A stretch of 64,000 nt of DNA from the human T2T-CHM13v2.0 reference genome, Homo sapiens. The notes below the pieces were generated by a model that was not told the origin of the DNA, ran no database searches, and saw only the letters and a program-made list of their open reading frames with translations. The first letter of the stretch is position 1. The number at the start of each line of letters is the position of its first letter. The position numbers were made by a program, and so were the translations under genes. Location: assembly GCF_009914755.1 (NCBI RefSeq), contig NC_060926.1, one strand, 5' to 3'. This document shows, piece by piece, positions 45,801 through 56,786 of this stretch.

Positions 45801-46819
45801 TAAGTATTAAAAGAAAATAGTGTATTATGCAAAAAGTATAGATTATTCACAATGAAATTTTCACTTTATCTCAGAAAGTTCTTGGACTGTTGAAGATAAG
45901 GTCATCCAAACTAACTGGTAACCTGAGTCCATAAAGTAATTTAGGGACTTCTCCAGTGAGATCTTTTTTCCCATGAAAGAAAAGTTATGTGTTCAAACTG
46001 AGTAATTTACAACATTAAAAAATTCAACACTAGTCATTGTTTCCAATTCACTCTTTACCATTTTTCTAGTTTCTTTTTTGACATACCCTGTATTGTATCA
46101 AGGCACATCACAGCTTTTGGTCACAAAGTTCAGCATGATGTTAATATAATACTTCCTAGAAAAAAAAATAGCCCCAAAGGAATAAACAAAATCAACAATG
46201 ATGATATGGTGGCTTTCAACATCAGGGAACTAAAGAAAATCAGCACATAGGATACAGAAAGAAACTGAATTACTTTGGACCATATTCACAGCATGGGGTT
46301 AGAAAGACAACTGCAGGATGTCTACCTGGGGAAAGTCAAGAAAAGAAATGCCTTGCAACAAAAGAAGGCAATGGTTACAAAACCAAATAAATTCTTTGCT
46401 GCAATAATTACATAGAAAGATTGATGTTGGAAGCAGACATATGGCTCACAGGGGAAGAGTAATGAGATAAAGGCACATGCTGGTGGAGCAGGTGATCTAC
46501 TAATTAGATTTCAGCGATGTGGTTCATACCATGTTCAGATGGAAATTATCTTAAAATATACAAAAGAAACAAAACAGAGTTGCAGGAGAAATGACTTAGA
46601 GCCATGATCATAATGAAATCAGGATGACGGGGCTGAAATAAGGTTTTTATAAGACTTTTGTTGGCAAATAAAAGCAATTTGTCACGTAATATCAAAATCT
46701 TATTGGATTGAGTAGAGCCATTCAAGAAATAGAAATATCACTTCGTCATACATTCTTTTCATATTCTTTCATAAAGGTAGATACAATTACATTGAGGACC
46801 CACCAAATGACACATTTGT

Positions 46820-46995
46820 ATTGTAATATTTTTTATTCTCCATAACAATTTCTTGAGATAATTTTATCCTAGAAAAGAGGGCTCAGAGAGGCTAGATAAC
46901 TTGCCCAAGGACACACACTTTTAAGCAACAAAACTGGGATCCAAATTTAAGGTTCCTGATTACAAAGATAATCTCGTTAATTCTGTGCAATGTGC
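46820..46995 (-). mobile_element. MIR
   Basis: gagggctcagagaggctagataacttgcccaaggacacac. Confidence 0.75.
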
Positions 46996-48363
46996 TCCAT
47001 CTTGTTCTATAGCACCGAGAAAGTCAAATGCAACTTGAAACAATCAATGTAAGGAAATAAAAACCAATGTACATAATTGTTTTATAACACATACTTACTT
47101 CTATACCATTACACAGAGAAAGGTTGGGTTACGGTCTTGACCATCAAAACCATTTATACTGGGTTAGTTACTTGTGGTGAGACCTTGCATTGTACTTTGA
47201 ATATTGCACTCAAGGAGACTTTCCTCCTCTTGGCCATCATTTGCTGTCCTCACAACTAAAAGGCTATATTACCACTATAGTTTATAGTTTTAAACTAAAC
47301 CACTGATACTAGCTCTTACAATTTTGAGATACAATGGAAATGTTTGAGGGTTGAGGAAGGAAGTGGGAAAACTATCAAATTGTTCTTGAATAACCCTTCA
47401 AATTGTAGATGTCGAGACATTTAGAAAGCATACTGACAAGAATAATTCCTAAGGAATTGCATTAGAATAATTTGGGTGGCTAAAATACATTTATACCTAT
47501 ACCAAATTAAAATCATTCATTCATTCTGTCATGATATTACTAAAAAGCTACAATCAATTTTTCTGAATTATAGTGGCTTTTGCGTTGTGGCTAGTTAACA
47601 CACTAAAATTTTACTTCAACCTCAGAAAAAGCACTCATTATGCAAAGTAAAATTAATTAGTTTACTTGGCAATAAACAAAACTTTTAAAAGTACTCCTTT
47701 CATTGAAGAATCAATTCATATAATTTCAAGGATTAGTGAAAGAAAATCAGCTCATTAGCAGGATGCTTACATGGAAACTGTAGTCAAAAGACTTTTGATA
47801 GAATTCATTCATTTTAAATTTGGTATCAGCATGCCTAAGTCAAAAACATGTGGCAGAGTAAAAACCAGCCCTACCTTTGAAGCCTGCTAAGTCCTAACAC
47901 AGACAAACATTTGTAATAATAATTACCATGTATTCAGTGTCAACTATGTACCAAGCGCTATCTCACTTTTCATCTAGCATCTCATTTGAAAAAATAGAGA
48001 CATTATAAAAAATAGTTGGGTCCAGGATGAGTTAAGTGGTAAAAGACCTCTGAAGCCAGAAGGATGTGCAACAGAGAGCTCAATCCTTAAACCATCTGTC
48101 CAAGAAGGTAGAGGAAACCTGGGGGGTAGAGAAAGTAGAGAGAAAACGCCTTAGGAGTTCTCTCAAGTATAGCTGAAGGGAAGATCTCTGGCTCTTGCTG
48201 GCAAGGGAAATTACAAAGTCAACAAGTTCTTGTTACAAGGTGAACACTAAAAATCTGACTGTCTAGAAAAAAAGAAAACAATTTATCTGCATGGATAGAT
48301 TTCTGTAAAAAATTAAAATTTCTTTTAAAAGGAATTTATTGGATGGAATTTATTGGAATTTTG

Positions 48364-48558
48364 TGGATGGTTTGTCACCCTTTCTCCTACCATCTCCCCT
48401 TTTTCCCTCTTTATGCTTCAGGTATGTCGGTGCTCCTGTGGACCTCATTTAAATCTATTGGGGATATTTAAGACTCAAGATATTTCCTTAAAATGTACCT
48501 AAAAGTTCCTTGGTTTGCTCATTTTTTTCCCTGAAATAAAATAGACATCAATTTCCAA
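48364..48558 (+). repeat. Local duplication, copy A (paralogue at 49968-50173)
   Basis: About 195 bp, roughly 85-88% identical by hand alignment, with one 13-bp indel. Confidence 0.95.
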
Positions 48559-49870
48559 ACACTTTATCTTAAAATAAACACCTCTATCTTCTGAGCAGTT
48601 GAAAGCATCTTCCTCCTTCTTTGGAGCCCATATTTGAATGACATTTACCTGACGTATCACAGAAATCTAATAAGCATTTCTTAAAGACCTGCAATGCACC
48701 AGACACTGTATTAGATGCCGTGAAAACAAGTTTACTTGTCGGATCAGCTTCAAAACAAGCTTCCTCTAGCTCTTTTCCTATTTTCTGTGACCTTAGATGT
48801 TGGTCCACATCAGTAAAAGCTGTCTGCAATGGAAAAGATAAATAGAACAGAACTTGTGGCAGTAAATCCTTTCAAAAAGCTCAAAACATGTGGGCATTTA
48901 GTAAACTAAATGCCTTTTTTTATGAGGCTGCCTCAAGTCAAGACAAGGTCAAACCAGTTGTCCCTGAGCTAAGAAAGCAGTTGCCCAACCTGACTTTGAC
49001 TTTGAGACAGTATGTATTTCCATTCATATATTTATTTCCAGGCAACCATTATTAGAGAAGCTATGTTCAAGGCACCAAGGAAACTGCTGAGACTAGAACT
49101 AACATTACGGATAGGGTATGGATCTCTCTCAAGAGGATATAGCATCTACTTATAAAAGATTATGATAAAAAGTGGAAAGAAACCAGTGTTGTGAGAGATG
49201 AAAATATGTAGGTTTGATCTGAGTGTATATACACACAAAAGATCAATGTATATATTTCTATATGAATAATTCTCCCTCTTGTTTGTCAATGCGTTATCTC
49301 AGCGTTCCTCTGTAAATTTTTGTTCTTATTTCAGGAATGAGTTGTAATTTAATCTGATGCCTAGAACTCAAGGTAGAAATAGGAGAATGTAAATTTATAT
49401 TCTTAGCTGCCACAGATGCAGTATGATGAGGGGCTTACTTTACCATGGGCTGAAATACAAATAGCTGCTAATAGGAGACAGAGGAGGAGAGAGTTTAGTG
49501 CAATAAACAGAGAAGCCCTTTAAGAGCTGAGAATCTGACTAAATGGTCTAATGCACCGTAAGAACATCAGTCATTCACAACCTCTCAGTCTTAGAGTTCT
49601 TACCTGTAAATCAGAGGAAATTAGTTTTTACTACAAGCTATTTAGGTTCCTTCACACTTCCAGTCTCTCAGATTCTATTAGCCAGCGGACTTTGTGGACT
49701 GTGTGCACCATGAGGCTTAGTCCTCATTGTAGTCCCCGTGCCTAGCACAGTTCTTGGCCCATAGTAAATGCTTGGAAAACACTGACACAATGAGTGATGA
49801 AGTAATAGAATTGCTTGTGAGTGGCACGCTAATAACATCCACCACATTCTTTTCTTCTCGGATCCCTTTC

Positions 49871-49986
49871 TAGGGTGACCAACCATTCTGGTTTGCCTAG
49901 GACTTTCCCTGAGTTTTTTGTTCTAAAAGTCCCACTTCCTGGGAAAACCTTTAGTCTCAGGCAAACCTGGATGGCTGGTCACCCTT
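49871..49986. mobile_element. Short hAT-type MITE (MER96-like)
   Basis: TIRs agggtgaccaacca ... tggctggtcaccct, plus internal palindromy (ggtttgcct / aggcaaacc). Confidence 0.7.
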
Positions 49987-50173
49987 CCCTCTATTATCTC
50001 CCCTCTTTCCCTCTTTATGTTCCAGGTATGTCGGTGCCCCTGTGGATCTTACTTAAATCTGTTGGGGATATTTAGGATTCAAGACATTTCTTTTAAATGT
50101 ACCTAAAAGTTTGGAAAATTATTTCCTTGGTTTGTTCATCTTCCCCTGAAATAAAATAGACATCAATTTTCAA
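49968..50173 (+). repeat. Local duplication, copy B (paralogue at 48364-48558)
   Basis: Shares caggtatgtcggtgc, aaatgtacctaaaagt and ccctgaaataaaatagacatcaattt with copy A. Confidence 0.95.
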
Positions 50174-50932
50174 TGTCTTTCCATAGTCATATGGCAAGTG
50201 CATGAATGACTCACAAACAAAAACGTCCTTCTATTTGCCAAAAGCTATCATCCACCTGAATAAATTGTGATGCGATAAAAACACAGAGCATAAGGCTTCA
50301 AATAATTCTTGGAATATTTTTCTTGGACACCAAGCCAAACAGATGTGATACACAAAAATCTAAATTGATGGTGAACTGTGAATATCTGGTGACTTCCAGA
50401 GAAAATATCCCAGGAGAGCAGGAATCACCAACCTGGAAGTGGGATAGCAAATCCACAAGAGAAATCCAAAAGTGTTTAGAAATCTGAGAGGGCATTATTT
50501 CTTTCATTAAAATTTTCACATGTATCTTGACTGTCAGCTGAACTGAGAGTGATTAGGGCAGTGTCATTCTGCAAGGAATTACAAAATAAATTCTATGCCA
50601 CTGCCATCCATTTTCCAGCTCTGAAAAATGCAAGATGGCACTGCCATCAACTCCCAAGCCTCACTCAAAGCTACAGGCCATTCCCGTGGAACATGAAGTG
50701 GTACCCCGGAATGAAATCTAGTTTTTAAAATAGTCCAGATTTTATGCTTCACTAGCAAGGATGATGCAGTCTAATGCCATCACACACAGTACCTGACTGA
50801 ATGCAGGCATCGAAAATAAAGCTTTTATTTATTATACCCATAAAATAAATGTGATGATTTATTTCTAATCTATTCCCTTGAGTCACTATAAACTATTAGT
50901 TGATAATACTGGTGGATGTATATATTTGAGTT

Positions 50933-51103
<171 letters not shown>

Positions 51104-51239
51104 TTTTGAGTTTTTTTAAGTTGTAACCAATGTCCCATTAAGAAATGACTATTACGGAACCCTAAGCACAGGCTATAAATATGGAACAATAAGAGACAGT
51201 GGTAGCATGTGAAATTAACAAGTGGTCAATACATAGAAT

Positions 51240-51960
51240 GAACAAAACTATCCAGGAAATCAACAAAAACAACAACAACAGCAAAAACAAAAGGAGCTCA
51301 ATAAACACAATAGACAAATGGGTAAAGGATTTTCAAGGGTAATCCACAAAAATATAAAGAAATGCTCATATTCACTGGTAATGAGAGGAATGAAACTCAA
51401 GACAGTAACATACTACTTTATACCTTATGGATCAGTGTAAATGAGAATGTCATGTGTTGGTGAGAACATGAAGCAAGAATGCTCATGCACTGCTGGTTGG
51501 AAGTAGGCTGATGCAGGCATCCTGGAAAGCTCGCAGGGGGTACTTACTTGAGTCAAAATTGCTGACCTAGCAATATTAATCCAGAATTTCTATCAAAAAG
51601 AAATCCTCGCAAGAAATCCACAGTCACCAGATTATTAATGGTATGCATCACTGTGTTGTTTATATAAACAGATAAAGGCAATTATGTGAGTTCATAGCTA
51701 ATAAATAAATAAGGAAAACAGAGTGGACTTACACTATACAGTACTATACTATCCAACTATTAGAAACAAACTAGATGTGCTCTCTGCAACATGGAGAACT
51801 ATCTAAAAAGCCAGTGCTTTAGTGAGAAGAGGAAAAATACAGTATTTTATGTAAGTTATGTTTGTGGACAAAAACATGCTAAACTGTAATGACAATGTAA
51901 GAGAATACATAAAAATTCAAAAGTACATATTAAACAGATTAGAGTGATAGGCCACAGGGG
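51240..51960 (+). mobile_element. L1ME fragment
   Basis: caatagacaaatgggtaaagga...tgctcatattcactggtaat...tgttggtgagaacatg...ctcatgcactgctgg. Confidence 0.7.
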
Positions 51961-52619
51961 AGGAAACTGGGAATGAAGAGTGAGAATAAAAGTGAATCAA
52001 TCAATAAAGAAAGAATAAGCTTTGCACAGGGAAGTGACAAGAGTGAGCTGTGGAATAACTTAACCTTCTGCCCTTAAAGACTGAAATAAACAAAGACATA
52101 CATTCATAAACAAATAAAATTAGTCATAAATGTTTTTTAGAATACCTAGCACATAGAGAGTATTAACTGCTGCAACTATTTCTCTGAGCTCCAATAAGTA
52201 CTATATTATACCACAGAACTCATGACATTTTCTAGTTTTGTAGTTACTTGGCCTCAAGGACAATCTGAGCTTTCAGATAAAAGGGAGTTTCTGGTTAGAT
52301 TCCAAAAGCGGCATGTTGGAAAATGAAATACATAGCTTTAATTATTGAAAAGACAAGTTAAATAAAGTAGCATGAAGATAGAACATATGAAAGCTTTATA
52401 ATCATAATTTTAATTTAATGTCTTGCAGTTTGTAATTTAAAAATCATGGTACAAAACTATGGGGAAGGAACGCCTGTGAAACAGAAAATAGGGCAGAATC
52501 AAGAATAAGAGGAATGCCAGGATTATTGGCATCATTCTCTTTAAAATAGAGCTCTTCTGTTGAGTATACCAAATATGATGACATTTCACATTTTATTTCC
52601 TACAGGACAACTGCATTAT

Positions 52620-53907
52620 TGAGAGGTGACAGCGTGCTGGCAGTCCTCACAGCCCTCGCTCGCTCTCGGCGCCTCCTCTGCCTGGGCTCCCACTTTGGCG
52701 GCACTTGAGGAGCCCTTCAGCCCACCGCTGCACTATGGGAGCCCCTTTCTGGGCTGGCCAAGGCCAGAGCCGGCTCCCTCAGCTTGCAGGGAGGTGTGGA
52801 GGGAGAAGTGCGAGCGGGAACCGGGGCTGCGTGCAGCGCTTGCGGGCCAGCTGGAGTTCCAGGTGGGCGTGGGCTTGGCGGGCCCCGCACTCGGAGCAGC
52901 CGGCCGGCCCTGCCGGCCCCAGGCAGTGAGGGACTTGGCACCCGGGCCAGCGGCTGCGGAGGGTGTACTGCGTCCCCCAGCAGTGCCGGCCCACTGGCGC
53001 TGCGCTCGATTTCTCACTGGCCCTTAGCTGCCTTCCCGCGGGGCAGGGCTCGGGACCTGCAGCCCGCCATGCCTGAGCCTCCCACCCCCTCCATGGGCTC
53101 CTGTGCGGCAGGAGCCTCCCTGACGAGCGCCGCCCCCTGCTCCACGGCGCCCAGTCCCATCGACCACCCAAGGGCTGAGGAGTGCCAGCGCATGGCACAG
53201 GACGGGCAGGCAGCTCCACCTGCAGCCCTGGTGCGGGATCCACTGGGTGAAGCCAGCTGGGCTCCTGAGTCTGGTGGGGACGTGGAGAGTCTTTATGTCT
53301 AGCTCAGGGATTGTAAACACACCAATCAGCACCCTGTGTCTAGCTCAGGGTTTGTGAGTGCACCAATGGACACTCTGTATCTAGCTGCTCTGGTGGGGCC
53401 TTGGAGAACCTTTGTGTCCATACTCTGTATCTAACTGATCTGATGGGGATGTGGAGAACCTTTGTATCTAGCTCAGGGATTGTAAACGCACCAATCAGCA
53501 CCCTGTCAAAACAGACCACTGGGCTCTACCATTCAGCAGGATGTGGGTGGGGCCAGATAAGAGAATAAAAGCAGGCTGGCCGAGCTAGCAGTGGCAACTC
53601 GCTGGGGTCACCTTCCATAGTGTGGAAGCTTTGTTGTTTTGCTCTTTGCAATAAATCTTGCTACTGCTCACTCTTTGGGTCCACACTGCTTTTATGAGCT
53701 GTAACACTCACCGCGAAGATCTGCAGCTTGACTCCTGAAGCCAGCCAGAGCACGAGCCCACCAGAAGGAAGAAACTCGGAACACATCCGAACATCAGAAG
53801 GAACAAACTCCAGACGCGCCACCTTAAGAGCTGTAACACTCACCGCGAGGGTCCACGGCTTCATTCTTGAAGTCAGTGAGACCAAGAACCCACCAATTCC
53901 GGACACA
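52620..53907 (+). mobile_element. Solo LTR12C (HERV9/ERV9 LTR)
   Basis: Canonical start tgagaggtgacagcgtgctggcagtcctcacagccc and end ccaattccggacaca; 4-bp TSD TTAT at 52616-52619 and 53908-53911. Confidence 0.97.
53295..53600 (+). promoter_or_regulatory. ERV9 U3 enhancer/promoter: CCAAT (NF-Y) repeats, GATA site and AATAAA TATA-like box
   Basis: caccaatcagc near 53320 and 53489, caccaatgg near 53361, ggccagataagagaataaaagc at 53551-53572. Matches the established ERV9 promoter layout; activity at this locus is unknown. Confidence 0.7.
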
Positions 53908-54189
53908 TTATGAGCTATCTGAGCTTCTTCACAAAGTGGAGTTACCACCCCTAAAAGAGTTTTGTATCCAATGACACTATTGGCCCCTGAAACTCTTTAT
54001 TGTATTGAAAATATTGTAATTTGGAAAGGTAACTAATTGGGTAAAATGTTACATCATACTTTTATAATTTTGTCATTTGGCACTGTATTAACAGGCCTTT
54101 TTATGTATTAACTTACTAAATGTTCACTGAACATCTACAATATATCACATTTGATCAGACCTTAGATTTCATTCAAAAATTAACATGCT

Positions 54190-54496
54190 GGCCACGTGTG
54201 GTGGCTCATGCCCGTAATCCCAGCACTTTGGGAGGCCGAGGTGGGCGGATCACGAGGTCAGGAGTTAGAGACCAGCCTTGCCAGCATGGTGAAACCCTGT
54301 CTCTACTAAAAATACAAAAAATTAGCTGAGCATGGTGGCGCGTTCCTGTAGTCGCAGCTACTCAAGAGGCTGAGGCAAGATAATTGCTTGAATCTGGCAG
54401 GTGGAGGTTGCAGTGAGCCGAGATCACACCATTGCACTCCAGTCTAGGTGACAGAGTGAGACTGTCTCAAAAAAAATAAAAAAAAAAATAAAAAAA
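54190..54496 (+). mobile_element. AluSg-like
   Basis: gatcacgaggtcaggagtt; poly-A; TSD core aaca(t/c)gct. Confidence 0.95.
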
Positions 54497-54502
54497 CACG
54501 CT

Positions 54503-54976
54503 ACTTAGGGTCAGTAGAATAACACCCTCTCCAAAGATGTTCACATCCTAATCCCTGGACTCTGTGAATGTGTTACTTTGCAGATGTGATTAGGGCTTTG
54601 AAGTGGAGACATTGTTTGAGATTATCTAGGGGGCTCCAATATAATCACAAAAGTCCTTATAAAGAAAAGCAGGAGGCAGTATAGTCAGAGAAAGAGATGT
54701 GAAAACAAAAGCAGGGACCACAGTGAATCAGAAATTAGATGATGCTACTGGCTTTGAAAATGGAGAAAGAGGTATGAGAAAGGCACACAGGCAGCTTCTA
54801 AAGGATTCTTCTCTGGAGCCTCCAGGAGGAATGAAGCTCTGCCAATACCTTGATTTTGGACCAATGAGGCACATTTCTGACTTCTCACCTTCAGAACTCC
54901 AAGATGATAAACATGTTTTATTTAAAGCCACTAAATCTGTGGTAATATGTTACAGTAACAACAGGGAATTAATACG
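54503..54976 (+). mobile_element. MLT1D-like solo LTR
   Basis: ccaaagatgttcacatcctaatccctgg...ctggctttgaaaatggag...tttaaagccactaaatctgtggtaat...ttaatac. Confidence 0.85.
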
Positions 54977-55155
54977 AATTTGAGAAACTTCTGACACAGT
55001 GAGGGACATTAACAAGTAAACCCTGGGGATACACAGTATTAAGTTGATTAATTAAGTTATGCACCAGATATTATAAAATGACTTAACTCAATGGGCATTC
55101 TGAGAAAGCTCCTCTGAGGAGACACATAGGCTAAAATCTGAAAGAGAGTCAGAAT

Positions 55156-55298
55156 AAGGAAGGGAAGGAAGGGGAAGGGAGGGGAGCGGAAGGAAGGGGA
55201 GGGGAGGGGAAGGAAGGGGAGGGGAAGGAAGGGGAGGGGAGGGGGGAAGAAAGGAGGGAGGGAAAGAGGAACAGAGGGAAGGAGGGAGAGGAGAGGGG
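55156..55298 (+). repeat. Polypurine (GGAAG/GGGGA)n low-complexity tract
   Basis: About 140 nt that are almost exclusively G and A. Confidence 0.95.
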
Positions 55299-56739
55299 AT
55301 CAGGAATAGGTGATTCAACTAAGCAGGAGAGCAAAAACATGACACTTCTAAAACAGCAAAAATCCCAGGAATCTCATTAGTCGTTCCAACTCCCATCGTA
55401 GTCTTTACACCTCACACCTGCCAGCTCCAAGGAATGTAGCTATTTTTTGGCCCTGATGTTAGGAGTGCTGATAATTCTCCCCATTATGAAAGAACAGCTA
55501 AGAGGCAGTAACAAATAGGCATGCACTGATTAAGGAAAAAAAGCATCCCTGCACTGAAGCTGATACAAAGTGTCGTTTATAAGCTGCTATGAAGTCTCAA
55601 ATAACTAAATAACTTAAATGTGTGGAAGATTTTCCTGATTTGTAATTTTTAATTTTTTTCAAAGATATTGTTATTTTTTACTATGATTAATTGGAAAACC
55701 ATGTAATCTGCCTTCTGGTAATAAGTAGATAACAGGGTAACTTTTGAGTGAATATTTGTGGAGATATGGGTACTGTAACAAAGTACATTCAATTTTTAAC
55801 CAATTCCTGGGAAAATAAACACCACTGAGCTACCTAAACAGTTTCTGTTACCCCTATGCCATATCAGGAACACAGGCAGCTCTATCTGGTAGATTTCTAA
55901 AGGGAAAGCCACTGTAGATTAAAACTATATGGTATGAGTTTTTCTTCCATGAGAATGGTGAAATTGAGTTGAAGAGCCAATTTGGATGGGATTTAAAACT
56001 AAAATCACACATGTATTTTTGTAGCAATCAAATCCATAAATTAATAAGCTAATTTAAAGGGTTTCTTACTATTCAAGATAATACAAATAATCTTGTTGTC
56101 TAGGATGACTAAGGACGTTTATATGACCCTTTAAAGATTCCCAAAGGTCTAATATGAAGCAAAACGAAATGTCTTAGTTGTAAAAGTTTTATTTCATAAT
56201 TGTCAAAGAAAGCTTTCTCAGTTAAAAACTGAATTGTATAATGACTCAGTATCAAGAAGAACATTGCCAAAGTGGGCTATTTATTTTCTATCAAAAGACT
56301 TCTTAAGCTGTCTTCCCAAAAGAAGTAATCTTGGATGCCTGTATTATTTCATCATCCAGTGTATTCTTTTAGGAAGGACAATAATGGCCATTGTAATTTC
56401 ATAGCTACTCTGATAAATAATTATTTTTTCCTTGAGCTTTTTTTATTGATCAGAGTTGTAAAAGGGCTGAGAACGTGGGCAGCAGTTCAGAGCATCAGGA
56501 GTTTTGTGTAGGTGAGAATTAGTTGCATTAGTTAGAATGTCCAGTCCCTATGCAGAGAAATATGTTTATGCTGCTGAATTTGGATTTGTCCATAATTTCC
56601 TGATGTTAAATACGATTGATGTCAGACACAGAAATACCCTTTGTGTGGGGTTAGCTGATGTCACTCCTTGATGAGACAGACCATAATATTATAGAAATAT
56701 TATTTCTATATTATTATTTCCATAATATTATATAACATA

Positions 56740-56786
56740 ACGTGGCATATTTCACCTTTCACTGCACAATGTGTTCTTGTGAAATC
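56740..56786 (+). repeat. 47-bp templated copy of 58371-58417
   Basis: acgtggcatatttcacctttcactgc(a/g)caatgtgttcttgtgaaatc, 46/47 identical. Confidence 0.97.

Noticed and set aside
53295-53510. Spaced repeats (tctagctcaggg...caccaatcagcaccctgt) that superficially resemble a CRISPR array
   Set aside because: These are the known U3 tandem enhancer repeats of ERV9 LTRs in a primate genome; no unique spacers and no cas genes.
52626-53948. Many overlapping 60-172 aa ORFs on both strands
   Set aside because: They are a by-product of the GC-rich, stop-poor LTR12C sequence.
55088-55340. Pro/Ser-rich ORFs
   Set aside because: Translation of the polypurine simple repeat.
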